This document shows positions 31,691 to 41,269 of a DNA stretch of 62,005 nucleotides, piece by piece. The position numbers were made by a program, and so were the translations under genes. Source of the DNA: Candidatus Altiarchaeales archaeon (GTDB lineage: Archaea > Altiarchaeota > Altiarchaeia > IMC4 > SCGC-AAA252-I15); the NCBI GenBank assembly GCA_014727915.1, contig WJMO01000001.1, forward strand, positions 1-62,005. Direction: 5' to 3'. A model generated the notes under the pieces. The model ran no database searches, was not told the DNA's origin, and worked only from the letters and a program-made list of their open reading frames with translations. How positions within the stretch are numbered: the first letter of the stretch is position 1; every line of letters starts with the position of its first letter.

Positions 31691-32182
31691 TCAGGTGATA
31701 TTCTGCCGTTCCTCGAAGGGTATTGTCTGCACGCCGACGAGGGGCAGCTCGACCGTGGCCGAACCCCTCGCAGTCAAGGCTATCTCCCTGCCCTGCAGGT
31801 ATTCCAAGAGGCCTTTAGCGCCTGACAGCACTGATATGTCGACTTCGCTCGTCAGCTCTTTGCCGCTCCTGGCCGGAACTTCAACCGGGCCCTTGATGGA
31901 GCCTTCGCCCACCGGCTCGTCGTTAAGGTAGAGCTGATAGTAGGCGCCCGTCACCTTCAGGGAGAGCATGTTGGGGTTCTCAACATCGAGTGAGACGTTG
32001 AACTTCAGCTGTTTGGGAACGTCCACGCCCAGCACGTTAACGCTCTCCGACCCTGCGTACTCGATCTCCTTGAGGGTTACAGTGGGCTGCTGGGTGCTGT
32101 TCACGTACACGTAGTATCCGCCGGCTGAGACGAGCAGCACTGCCAACGCGACCGCAGCTGCCAGAGCCCTGGGCTTCATCAA
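31691..32182 (-). CDS. LEA type 2 / WHy domain protein
   Basis: N-terminal TM, VENPN motif, YQLYLND..VGEG. Confidence 0.85.
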   Translation of the reverse strand: MMKPRALAAAVALAVLLVSAGGYYVYVNSTQQPTVTLKEIEYAGSESVNVLGVDVPKQLKFNVSLDVENPNMLSLKVTGAYYQLYLNDEPVGEGSIKGPVEVPARSGKELTSEVDISVLSGAKGLLEYLQGREIALTARGSATVELPLVGVQTIPFEERQNIT

Positions 32183-32268
32183 CTCACCTATTGTGCGAAC
32201 GCTTTAAAAAAGGGAGTTTTTTAAGGTTGGTTGAGTATTGTTTAACTCGTTTTTTCGGTTTTTGGACT

Positions 32269-33402
32269 ATGTCGCTTGAGAGATTGTTGGGTTGGCTGGC
32301 AGACATCCAGTACAGGCACCACGTTGCCATAGTCGCCGCTGCAGTGGTCATAACCGCTTTCATGGCCCAGGGAGTCACCAAAGTGTACATGGAAGGCGAC
32401 ATCGAGAAGAGCATGCCCCACGACCTCCCATACTACCAGAACAAGGACATCGTCGACAGCAAGTTCGGGGGCGCCGACACCATACTAGTCGTTGTCGAAC
32501 TGGACCATGGCTCCAACATAAAGAACCGGCCGCATGACATAAGGGACCCGCGGGTGATGCAGATGCTCATCGACCTCCAAAGCCAGCTGGAAGGCGAGAG
32601 CAAGATAGACCGTGTGATGAGCGCCGGCAGCTTCTTCCCCCAGGGAGTCCCGCAGACCACCGAAGGCGTAAAGACCGTTCTGAAGCACATACCAGGGTCT
32701 GACGGGGTTTTCAACAAGGACTACAGCATAACCCTGCTCTACGCCTATGCGAACGTGGGCTTCAGCGAGAAGAACGTGAAGTCCTTCACGGGGATAATAC
32801 AGGACAACATCGACAGCGTCCCCAAGCCGCCTGGCGTCAAGCTGAGCATCACCGGAGGCCCGCCTATGGTGGACACGATGATGAGCGTGTTATGGGGTGA
32901 CGCAGTGTACACGATAACCCTGGCTGCGGCGGTCATACTGTTCCTCCTCATAATCCTCCAGCGGAGCATCTACAAGGGCGTGCTCGTCTTCATACCCTTG
33001 TCCCTGGGCCTGACATGGACTTTGGGTGCCATGGGACACATGAACATCCCGCTATCGATCGCGACCGTAGCCATAGGAGCCATGATACTCGGCCTGGGCG
33101 TCGAATACGGAGTCTTCGTGGTGGAGCGTTACATGGAGGAGCGGGAGAGGAAGGGCAGAGGCCAGAGGGAATCCCTGCACGTGGCGGTCACCGGGGTCGG
33201 CGGCGCCATACTGGGGTCGGGGACGACAACTATCGTCGGGTTCGGGGCGCTGACCCTGTCAGTGCTGCCAATGCTCCAGGACCTGGGAAAGACCCTTGCG
33301 TTGGGTATCGCGAGCTGCCTGATAGTGGCGTTGTTCGTGAACCCCGCCTTCATAATATTCGCGGGTAAGGTGACCCGCAGGAATAACGTGTGCAAACGAT
33401 GA
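32269..33402 (+). CDS. MMPL/RND-family membrane protein (half-size)
   Basis: TM1 + extracellular loop + 5 TM, GLGVEYG, GSGTTTIVGFGAL. Confidence 0.88.
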   Translation: MSLERLLGWLADIQYRHHVAIVAAAVVITAFMAQGVTKVYMEGDIEKSMPHDLPYYQNKDIVDSKFGGADTILVVVELDHGSNIKNRPHDIRDPRVMQMLIDLQSQLEGESKIDRVMSAGSFFPQGVPQTTEGVKTVLKHIPGSDGVFNKDYSITLLYAYANVGFSEKNVKSFTGIIQDNIDSVPKPPGVKLSITGGPPMVDTMMSVLWGDAVYTITLAAAVILFLLIILQRSIYKGVLVFIPLSLGLTWTLGAMGHMNIPLSIATVAIGAMILGLGVEYGVFVVERYMEERERKGRGQRESLHVAVTGVGGAILGSGTTTIVGFGALTLSVLPMLQDLGKTLALGIASCLIVALFVNPAFIIFAGKVTRRNNVCKR

Positions 33403-34553
33403 GTCGAGAACATTTGAGGAGGGGTGTTAAGGCCTACGCACATTTCATAGCGTCGCATCCGTTCATAGTATTGGCCTTGGCCCTTGCGGCTACGGTGTTT
33501 GCCGCGCAGCTGCAGAGCACGCTGGAGATCGTGTCCATGAACCAGGAGGACTTCCTCCCCGAGGACCGGCCCGTGGTGGTGGCGTTCGAGAAGATAGGGG
33601 ACGAGTTCGGCGGCCTCAACACTTTGACTGTCGTGGTGGAAACAGACCCCCAGGTACCCAACTCCAACGAGGTCAGGGACAACCTCGACCCGAGGATGAT
33701 AGCATACGGTTACACCCTCCACCGCAACATAATGAAGCTGGACGAGGTAGGCAGCGTCACGAGCGCCTCGAGCCTCCTCCGGGAGGGCAACGGCGGCAGC
33801 CTCCCCAAGTCTGTCGAGAGGAGCATGGAACTGTGGAAGGCCACGCCCACGCTGGACCAGTACCTGAGCAAGGACCATACGCTCCTTCTCGTCAAGGCGG
33901 AGGTCCTGCCCGACCTGGAGGCTGAGGACACCTATGACCGGTTCGACTCCATCATAAAGGACACCCCCAGGCCGCCCGGCCTGAGGGTCTACATGGTAGG
34001 CGAGATCCCCGGCGACGTGGAGGTGGACAGGCATATAGGGTCGGACATGCAGCGTGTAATGAGCTACACCATGGCAGGCATATTGGTCGTGGTCTTGCTG
34101 GTGATGGGCAACCTCGCCTACGGGATACTTCCCCTGTTCACGATAATCTTCGGCACTGTTTGGAGCATGGGCATGTGGGCTGGGTTGGGGCAGGACCTCA
34201 CGCACCAGACTTCCGGCGTAAGCTCGATGATAATGGGTATCGGCATCGACTTCGGCATCCAGACCATAACCCGGTTCCGGCAGGAGCTCGCCAGGGTGGG
34301 CGGGGAGGAGGAGGCCATCGCGGAGACCCTCGCCAACGTCGTGCTGCCCATGTCAACGACGACCATCTCGGCTTTGATAGGCTTCCGGGCGATGACCATG
34401 GGGGAGCTGTCTTTCCTGGGGGACATGGGGGGCATAATGAGCCTGGGCGTCCTCGGGTGCATGCTGGCTGCCCTGACGATAGTGCCGGCTTTGATAGTAA
34501 TCTATGTAAGGTACGTTCAAAAGATAAAAATCGGTGAGGTATTAGGAAGATGA
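33399..34553 (+). CDS. MMPL/RND-family membrane protein (half-size), paralogue of the preceding gene
   Basis: GIGIDFG, TTTISALIGF; ATGA coupling on both sides. Confidence 0.88.
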   Translation: MSREHLRRGVKAYAHFIASHPFIVLALALAATVFAAQLQSTLEIVSMNQEDFLPEDRPVVVAFEKIGDEFGGLNTLTVVVETDPQVPNSNEVRDNLDPRMIAYGYTLHRNIMKLDEVGSVTSASSLLREGNGGSLPKSVERSMELWKATPTLDQYLSKDHTLLLVKAEVLPDLEAEDTYDRFDSIIKDTPRPPGLRVYMVGEIPGDVEVDRHIGSDMQRVMSYTMAGILVVVLLVMGNLAYGILPLFTIIFGTVWSMGMWAGLGQDLTHQTSGVSSMIMGIGIDFGIQTITRFRQELARVGGEEEAIAETLANVVLPMSTTTISALIGFRAMTMGELSFLGDMGGIMSLGVLGCMLAALTIVPALIVIYVRYVQKIKIGEVLGR

Positions 34554-36211
34554 AGGCAAGTGAAGGATGTTTGGTTTTGTTTGCGGTTTTTTTGATGATG
34601 TTGCCGGCTTCGGCTCAGACGGCGACGCCAACGGCCCTGGTGGTGGACTACACCCAGACGATAATACCGTCTGACCTTCAGCCGGGGGACAGCAAGCCGT
34701 TGTATATCATGATAAAGAACACGGGGGGCCTGCCGGCGCGTGAAGTTCACGTTACGGTTCCGAGCGCGGGGTCCATAAGCGCTGAGGGTCCCAGCGGGGG
34801 CATCAGCTCCGCCGGAGACTGGTTCCTGGGAACCATAAACCCTGGTGGCAGCGCCCAGCTGGTGACTTCCATAAGGGTGTCTGAGGGGGCGCGTATCGGC
34901 ACCAACTATCTCACGCTCTACCTCACATACGATGAGAGCAGGTATGACGCGGACGGGCGGCTTCGGACTGAGGAGGAGAAGAGCAAGTGGATATTGCCCA
35001 TAGACGTCAGGAGCGGAAGCCTGTTCGAGCTCGGCGACTACATGATAAGCTCCGAGGAGCTGAAGGCCGGGGATAACGTGGAGTTGACGTTGAACCTGAG
35101 GAACACTGGAGAGGCTGACGCTTACGACCTCAAAGCCCATCTTGGAATGCCCTCTGACGGTTCGGCGGCGAACACCGAGGTCAACAGCCAGTTGGCGCAG
35201 ACTTTCACCGTCTTGGGCACTTCTATAAAGAACATTGGGGATGTGAAGAGGAGCGGTATGGGCGTTGTCGAGATGCTGATCCACATAGACGAGGACGTGG
35301 AGTCCAAGGCTTATACTCTCCCGGTTACCGCGGAGTACGAGGACAAGAGCGGCACGGAGCACACGGACGTGTTCTACGTTGGAGTGTTCGTCTCCGGGGA
35401 GAGGAAGGTGACCATAACCAGCTTCGAAACGGACCCCAGCGAGATACACAGCGACGACGAGGATGTTGAGTTCACGGGGAAGATAGAGAACCAGGGCACG
35501 GAACAGGTGAAGAACGTGAAGGTCACTTTCATGCCCGATTACCCGCTGATGAACGCCCGCAGCTACGTGCAGTCAAAGGAGGTGGGGGCTTTGAAGGGCG
35601 CTGATTCTATGAGCTTCACCTTCTACGCGGACGTGGACGAGAACATCGTGCCACAGCAGACCAAGGTCAAGTTCCTGATGGAGTATGAGGTCAACAGCCA
35701 GGTGTTCAAGGACGAGGTCGAGTACACCGTGGACATCCTGGACAACCCCCTCTTCAACGTGCTGACGGAGGCCGAGCCGACGCCTGCCTCGGGCAAGGGC
35801 GTTGCCAAGGTGCAGATAAACAACGTGGGCAGCAAATGCGACGGTGTGACATTGATAATATTGGAGAAGCGGGATCAGCCCTTTGACTTCGAGGACAAGT
35901 CCGCCTATGTGGGCGACCTGGACATCGGAGAGGGTGGAGTGGCTTCCATAGGGTACACAGTGGAGGACAACGCCGCCTCCCAGCCCCACATAGTCCCTGT
36001 GGAGGTCAGGTGCACAAAGGGGGATGAGGTGCTCGTCTTCAGCAAGACCATGAGATTGGAGGTGGGCGAAACCCAGGGTGACGGCAGCTCTTCGGGTAAG
36101 ATGCTGTTGGCAGCCGCCATAGTCTTGGCTGCTGGGATGCTCGCATACCTGGTCGGGCACGGGCAGGGCCATAGTAAGGCCTGCAAAGAGAGCAAGAAGA
36201 AGGGCAGATAG
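34550..36211 (+). CDS. COG1361 S-layer-domain / CARDB-like surface protein
   Basis: Signal peptide, repeated I/L-x-N-x-G Ig-like modules, C-terminal TM. Confidence 0.82.
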   Translation: MKASEGCLVLFAVFLMMLPASAQTATPTALVVDYTQTIIPSDLQPGDSKPLYIMIKNTGGLPAREVHVTVPSAGSISAEGPSGGISSAGDWFLGTINPGGSAQLVTSIRVSEGARIGTNYLTLYLTYDESRYDADGRLRTEEEKSKWILPIDVRSGSLFELGDYMISSEELKAGDNVELTLNLRNTGEADAYDLKAHLGMPSDGSAANTEVNSQLAQTFTVLGTSIKNIGDVKRSGMGVVEMLIHIDEDVESKAYTLPVTAEYEDKSGTEHTDVFYVGVFVSGERKVTITSFETDPSEIHSDDEDVEFTGKIENQGTEQVKNVKVTFMPDYPLMNARSYVQSKEVGALKGADSMSFTFYADVDENIVPQQTKVKFLMEYEVNSQVFKDEVEYTVDILDNPLFNVLTEAEPTPASGKGVAKVQINNVGSKCDGVTLIILEKRDQPFDFEDKSAYVGDLDIGEGGVASIGYTVEDNAASQPHIVPVEVRCTKGDEVLVFSKTMRLEVGETQGDGSSSGKMLLAAAIVLAAGMLAYLVGHGQGHSKACKESKKKGR

Positions 36212-36215
36212 GGTT

Positions 36216-36234
36216 TTGGGGGGCTCCCCCCCAA
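36216..36234. terminator. Hairpin between convergent genes
   Basis: TTGGGGGG-CTC-CCCCCCAA stem-loop followed by T-runs. Confidence 0.4.
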
Positions 36235-36248
36235 TATTTTCCCATTTT

Positions 36249-38324
36249 TCAGTCATATGTGTATTCGAGCCATATCCTCTTCTCTAACGTGGTCACCTGC
36301 CCGTATTCGTCGGTGCATGTGACAGTCACTGGTATCCATCGGATGTAGCATTCCGCGGAGTCGACTGTTATGATGTTTTCGGTCCAGTGGGGGTGATCCC
36401 AGCTGTAGGTGGAGGTCGTGTTCTTGTAGACTGTGAGGTTGTAGTAGGTTACGTTCACGTCATGGGTGTAGCTCTCCCTTATGCCGCTGTAGTTGTAGCA
36501 GATGGTCGTGCCGTTCGCGTCCTTCTTGCAGTATGAGCTGTTGCTGAAGTCCGCTCCAGTGTAGTAGGTCATGTAGGTGTGGGTGTCGTTCTTCACTATC
36601 CACTGCCAGCCCTTGTTGGAGACGTTGTAGGTCTCTCCGACGGGGCGCACGTCCACCTGGTATAGGACGTTGAAGACCGTGTAGTTGCATGTGATGTTGT
36701 GGCTGCACAGGTTCTCGATCCTCAACGTAACGTTCTCCCTGTCGAAGCAGTCATCCAGTGACACGTTCCCGGGGGTAAGGGAGAATGTGAACGCCAGAGG
36801 TGGGGGTATGACGTTCAATGTGAAGTTGTGGGTTGCGGTGTACTCTACCAGGGACTCTCCGGAAGCTGAGACGTTCCCGCATCTCACCCTGAAGCTGTAC
36901 ACTCTCTTGCCTGTGCTGTTGGATGTGACGTTCAGCCGCTCCTCCACTGTCCCGTTGGCGGTTACCGTCCCGGTTGACGTCCATTCGCTGCTGTCGTAGT
37001 ACTCGCACTTCATGTTGGTGCGGTTATTGTTGTTCTTGAAGTACAGTACGAGCTTGGTCGCGTGGCCCTTGATTATCGTGTCCCTTTCCTTGCTTATCCA
37101 AGACGTCATATTGGGCAGATGTGCTACCATGTCATTGTATGCCAGGGCGGTCTTGTTGTGCACGCACCCCACATATGGGACGCACCGCTCGTCCCTTTCG
37201 CAGTTTCTCGTGGATGACTTCTCGGATTTCACCATGCACACGCCTTTCCGGCATATGGGGGAGTATAGGCTTCTCATGCTCGTGAACCGGTCCCGGCATA
37301 TCCAGGACCCGTGGTAGGGTGTGCCGCAGTCGTCGTTCTTCACGCACTCGGGGGCATCTTCCACCATGTCGGCGTATTCCACGGCCTTGGCAGCGATCTT
37401 CTTGCGCGAGGACTGTAGGGCCCTCTCGGTCTCCTCCGTCCCGTGGCCTGCTATGAAGTAGACGGTCTGGCCGTTGGCCCAGACGTTGCGCTTCTCGAAC
37501 GCCTCCCCGGTCAGCACGGCCTTCATTATCAGGGCCTTATCCTCTTCCGTCAGCACGCCTTCCACTATCTCGCCCGTGCCCTCGGGCGCGTTCTGCCCGC
37601 CCAGGACTACTATGAACTCCATGCGCTTAAGTTTTTTTAGGGATTCTGGGGTGGCGTGTACGACGTCCACGCTGTTGTTCCGTAGGTATGACGCGGATTC
37701 CAGCGCCGCGGCCCTGTCCAGGGAATTGGATACCATGACGACCGTGGCGTTCGTGTTGTGGCGGGCGTCCACCAGCGGCTTCACCCGCTCGCCGAACTCC
37801 GCCATCCAGCTGGTGAAGTCCTCGCTTGAAACGCAGACGCCGCACTCGCACGCGTTCCACTCGTCTCCGAAGAGGAGGTAGTCGTTGACTAGGCTCTCAT
37901 GCTCCTCCACGCATGAGCGGTTCACCTCTACCACATTGTTCCAGAACTCTTTCGAGTCCAGGAAGTAGTTTAGGGCGGTGCCTATGTCGTGCCAGCGGGC
38001 GCAGCCCTGCTTCTTACCTGCTTCGTCAAGCCATGCTATGACCTTGTCCAGTGCGGGGCAGTCGTTTATGGACGGCTCACTCCACGCCCAAGGTTCGTGC
38101 ATGCTGTAGTCTAGGCCGGGCTTGTAGCAGTGGTGTTCTACTGCGTCGTTGAATTTCCTGGGGGGTAGTGTGGAGCCCTCCACTAGGGCGTCCTCGCATA
38201 GGCAGTTGAATTCGGAGCACAGCCTGCGGGCGGCCTCCTCATAGCTTTCGGTCTGCCAGGCCCCGGCAACGCCTGAAAAGGCCAGCAGTAGGGTGAAAAA
38301 TAGGATTTCCCTGGACATACGCAC
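36249..38324 (-). CDS. Secreted multidomain Cys-rich protein (Trp-start domain + GGQNAPEG domain + Ig-like domains)
   Basis: Signal peptide then AWQT; shares VLGGQNAPEG domain with 38657-39766; many N-x-S/T sequons. Confidence 0.8.
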   Translation of the reverse strand: MRMSREILFFTLLLAFSGVAGAWQTESYEEAARRLCSEFNCLCEDALVEGSTLPPRKFNDAVEHHCYKPGLDYSMHEPWAWSEPSINDCPALDKVIAWLDEAGKKQGCARWHDIGTALNYFLDSKEFWNNVVEVNRSCVEEHESLVNDYLLFGDEWNACECGVCVSSEDFTSWMAEFGERVKPLVDARHNTNATVVMVSNSLDRAAALESASYLRNNSVDVVHATPESLKKLKRMEFIVVLGGQNAPEGTGEIVEGVLTEEDKALIMKAVLTGEAFEKRNVWANGQTVYFIAGHGTEETERALQSSRKKIAAKAVEYADMVEDAPECVKNDDCGTPYHGSWICRDRFTSMRSLYSPICRKGVCMVKSEKSSTRNCERDERCVPYVGCVHNKTALAYNDMVAHLPNMTSWISKERDTIIKGHATKLVLYFKNNNNRTNMKCEYYDSSEWTSTGTVTANGTVEERLNVTSNSTGKRVYSFRVRCGNVSASGESLVEYTATHNFTLNVIPPPLAFTFSLTPGNVSLDDCFDRENVTLRIENLCSHNITCNYTVFNVLYQVDVRPVGETYNVSNKGWQWIVKNDTHTYMTYYTGADFSNSSYCKKDANGTTICYNYSGIRESYTHDVNVTYYNLTVYKNTTSTYSWDHPHWTENIITVDSAECYIRWIPVTVTCTDEYGQVTTLEKRIWLEYTYD

Positions 38325-38371
38325 CCCCTAGGCCTTAGGTATTAAGAGTATCCGCTAAAAAGGGGGGGTGT

Positions 38372-38557
38372 TCATTCGGGTCCGCCGATGCCGGTGGAAA
38401 CGTAGTCGAATACCTTCTTTACGGTTATCCAGAACAGGAGCGCGGTCATCGCGACGCTGAGGTAGGATATTGGAGTGTTCTGGCTCCAAAGCAGGTATGA
38501 GACTATCCCCAGCACGATCGAAGCGGCTATGTAGTATATTGTCTCGTCCATCTCCAC
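38372..38557 (-). CDS. Small two-TM membrane protein
   Basis: 61 aa, two hydrophobic helices, co-oriented with neighbours. Confidence 0.6.
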   Translation of the reverse strand: MEMDETIYYIAASIVLGIVSYLLWSQNTPISYLSVAMTALLFWITVKKVFDYVSTGIGGPE

Positions 38558-38561
38558 ACGC

Positions 38562-38651
38562 CTATGAAAGCCATGCGCGCCTCATCTTTCGCCTCTTCTT
38601 CTTCTCCTTCTCAGTCAAACCCTCATCTTCTTCGTTCTTCTTCTTAGCCAA
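38562..38651 (-). CDS. Putative 29-aa charged microprotein MAKKKNEEDEGLTEKEKKKRRKMRRAWLS
   Basis: Not in track; TTG start after GGGGT RBS; fills the gap between co-oriented genes with 4-5 nt spacing. Confidence 0.45.
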   Translation of the reverse strand: MAKKKNEEDEGLTEKEKKKRRKMRRAWLS

Positions 38652-38656
38652 TTTGG

Positions 38657-39766
38657 TTACCCCTTTACCTGTGATAGTATGGTCTTCTTGTTGGACTCCC
38701 AAGCCCGCCTAGTGTCCTCTGCGGTGTGTCCTGCGAGTACGTAAACGTTCTGTTGTGTCTGCCATAGGCCTGACTTCTGGAACATCATGGACGCCCCCGG
38801 CTGTAGGAGGGATTCCTCCTGGTCCTGTGAGAGCACGAAACCCGACACCTCCCCGACGCCCTCGGGCGCGTTCTGCCCGCCCAGGACGATGACGTTCTCG
38901 TTGTACCGTAGGGTCTGGAAGGCTTCCGCGTCTGATTCAACGACGTTGACACTGTTCTCCCTTAGGTATTGTATGAAATCTGCCGCGTTGGCCGCGTCTA
39001 TGGAGTTCGCGAGGAGTATCACCCCCTTCCGTGGCTTGTAGGCCCTGTCCTTCATTTCGAGGCCTCGTATGGTGAGGTTGGCTATTATCCTGTTCACGGT
39101 GCTGCTGGACTCTCCCATCCGCTGGTCGTAGTCCCGGTGGGTGCTGCCCCTCATCTCGTTGTCGAACCTGCAGAGCATGTTGGCGCTCCAGTCGCTGAGG
39201 CCGTTATCTATGGACCGGTCTATGCTCGCCTCTATGGTCTCCACGCAGTCGTTGCCGACGTGTTTGACGGCTCGGAGGCTGTTCTCCGAGTCGGCGTAGT
39301 ATGATGCGGCGAGGCAGAAGTAGTTTATCCTGGTGCATCTGTCGGGTGCGTTCTCAGCCTCCCGGAACCATTTCAGGCTGGTCTCATAGGCTGGGCGGTC
39401 GTTCTTGTCCCCGCATATCCAGTCCCTGTCGCTCCCCTTCTTTATGGGACATGTGAAGTAGTCCATGTGGTTCTCCTCGTCTTCGAAGATGCTGTAGGAG
39501 ACGGTTGAGGGGTGGAATTCAACGCCTTCTTCCAAGCCTTTAAGGCACTTCTCCTGTATGTCCTCGCCCATCAGCGAGTAGGCTGACTCGCAGAGTTCCT
39601 GGAGGGATATCTCGTCCCGCAGGGGTATGCATTCTCCGACGGCCTCAACGCCCCATACGAACTTGACCGCCTCGTGGCAGATGTGCTTCTGGGTTAGGGG
39701 GCCCCAGGCCGACGCCGAGCCGGCCAATAGCATAAGAGCCATCAGAACGTTCAAAAGCTTCATCAC
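38657..39766 (-). CDS. Secreted Cys-rich protein (WGP-start domain + GGQNAPEG domain)
   Basis: Signal peptide then WGPLTQKHIC; paralogue of 27325 and 36249. Confidence 0.8.
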   Translation of the reverse strand: MMKLLNVLMALMLLAGSASAWGPLTQKHICHEAVKFVWGVEAVGECIPLRDEISLQELCESAYSLMGEDIQEKCLKGLEEGVEFHPSTVSYSIFEDEENHMDYFTCPIKKGSDRDWICGDKNDRPAYETSLKWFREAENAPDRCTRINYFCLAASYYADSENSLRAVKHVGNDCVETIEASIDRSIDNGLSDWSANMLCRFDNEMRGSTHRDYDQRMGESSSTVNRIIANLTIRGLEMKDRAYKPRKGVILLANSIDAANAADFIQYLRENSVNVVESDAEAFQTLRYNENVIVLGGQNAPEGVGEVSGFVLSQDQEESLLQPGASMMFQKSGLWQTQQNVYVLAGHTAEDTRRAWESNKKTILSQVKG

Positions 39767-39807
39767 ATGAATATTACCTGGCGGGAGTTAAAATATTAGC
39801 TGGTATC

Positions 39808-40239
39808 CTACTGGAGCGGGCCCCAGATCACGCCTTCGCTCCTCCCTGTTTCGCCGGAGGAGTATTTCCTGTAGTCGAGGGACACGTTCACCTTGGAGTA
39901 TTCGCCTTTTTGCCGGGTTATCCGGCAGTCGGTGAAGTTCAGGAATATGTACTCATGCTGTTTTAGGGTCTCTGAAGGCAGGCTGTTCTTTAGTGCGCAC
40001 TGGCCTCCGCCGACCCTGACGTCGGCTGTGGCGGCGGTTATCTCCAACAGGCTGGCATCCCTGTTCCTGACTAGCAATGTGAAGTCGCCGCTGGCGGTCA
40101 GCATCCAGTCGACGGGTTTTAGCGTCTCGAAGCCTTCGATGCCCGTTTGGGGCCCCTGGACTTTGACGTGTAGGTCCCAGAGGAAGAACGCCAGGAAGAC
40201 GAAGGCTATGAGCAGCAGGTACTTTACTAGTTCATCCAT
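39808..40239 (-). CDS. Membrane-anchored hypothetical protein (pilin-like globular domain possible)
   Basis: N-terminal TM, two Cys, C-terminal SEGVIWGP. Confidence 0.6.
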   Translation of the reverse strand: MDELVKYLLLIAFVFLAFFLWDLHVKVQGPQTGIEGFETLKPVDWMLTASGDFTLLVRNRDASLLEITAATADVRVGGGQCALKNSLPSETLKQHEYIFLNFTDCRITRQKGEYSKVNVSLDYRKYSSGETGRSEGVIWGPLQ

Positions 40240-40964
40240 TTTTCCAGGGTGTTCTTCTCCTTTTTTATCTCAAGCTTGTGGACGTTGAATTTCTTGAATT
40301 CCATGCCCTCCTTTTTCAGGAGGGTGTGTGGGTTCTTGGCTATGCCAGGTGCCATGAGTATTGCGTGGATGGGCTGGCGTAGTTTTTCCCGTAGCCAGTC
40401 CCTGTACCTCTTCAACTGCAGGACCGCGGGTAGGCCTGCTTTCACGGCCTTCAGTTCAACGACAACGTATCTGTCGCCTATCTTCCCGTACAGGTCTATG
40501 AACCCGGGTGTTATGTGGTGTTCCACGGTCTTAAGCCTGAAGTCTGGGTGGACTTCCCGGGGGTGCTTCTCCAGGTAGTCGCGCATGTCCCGTTCCGTGT
40601 GGGTGACGTCGATCTTCTCCTCGTCGCGGAGTCCCGGCAGTGAAGTGTATTCTATGACCTTGTCGACGGTTATCTTCATCTCCTCGTAGGGTTTCACCGT
40701 CCGCTGGCTGAACACTACCGTTCTGCCGTCTTCCAGGTCGGCTGATGTGTCGGTGGGGGAGCTCATCCAGTTGACCGGCTTGAATCCGCGGGGTGAGTGG
40801 ACTATGACCGTTGAGTCTGGTTTGAAGAGGATTATCCGGTCTCCGCAGCCTATCACGGACCTGCTCCTGCCCCAGTATTCGATGCTGCAGGAGCATGTGA
40901 GGACCGTGGTCTTACGTTCTCCTAGGTCTGTTGAGAGTCGTTCCGAGAGGATTTGAGCGTCCAT
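40227..40964 (-). CDS. nucS: Endonuclease NucS/EndoMS
   Basis: YWGRSRS, KPDSTVIVH, KPVNW, IDLYG..VVVELK..QLKRY. Confidence 0.93.
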   Translation of the reverse strand: MDAQILSERLSTDLGERKTTVLTCSCSIEYWGRSRSVIGCGDRIILFKPDSTVIVHSPRGFKPVNWMSSPTDTSADLEDGRTVVFSQRTVKPYEEMKITVDKVIEYTSLPGLRDEEKIDVTHTERDMRDYLEKHPREVHPDFRLKTVEHHITPGFIDLYGKIGDRYVVVELKAVKAGLPAVLQLKRYRDWLREKLRQPIHAILMAPGIAKNPHTLLKKEGMEFKKFNVHKLEIKKEKNTLEKWMN

Positions 40965-41019
40965 GTAGAATAGTTTGGGGCGTTAGATAAAAAAAGAGAA
41001 AAAGGAAAGGTTAGGGTTT

Positions 41020-41187
41020 TTAGATGTCCCTAGCCTTTAAGGTGCTGCGGTTGTTGTCTCTGCAGCGCTGCTTTGCTCTGTCGATTAGCCTAGATACTTC
41101 TCCGTTCAAAGCCTCGTAAAAGTCTGCTCCCACGCTCATGTCTCCAACATATTCCTTTACCTTTGACTTAACAATCAAGTCTGCCAT
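41020..41187 (-). CDS. Short histone-fold protein, face-to-face / bacterial-type (alpha3) histone
   Basis: Not in track; MADLIVKSKVKEYVGDMSVGADFYEALNGEVSRLIDRAKQRCRDNNRSTLKARDI (55 aa), RxT...D clamp, AGGTGA RBS, A-tract terminator downstream. Confidence 0.9.
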   Translation of the reverse strand: MADLIVKSKVKEYVGDMSVGADFYEALNGEVSRLIDRAKQRCRDNNRSTLKARDI

Positions 41188-41269
41188 TTCTTTCACCTTT
41201 TTTATATCTCCCAGAGGGAGAGATAATACATATTAGTAAATGCCTTTAAAAACGTGAAATATGGGGTTT

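Noticed and set aside
32269-34553. Frameshifted single RND/MMPL gene
   Set aside because: Each half has its own start, ATGA coupling and a complete half-transporter layout; such pairs with COG1361 genes are ordinary in archaea.
30821-36256. Long minus-strand ORFs (272, 358, 310, 227 aa)
   Set aside because: Shadow frames of well-supported plus-strand genes in GC-rich DNA.
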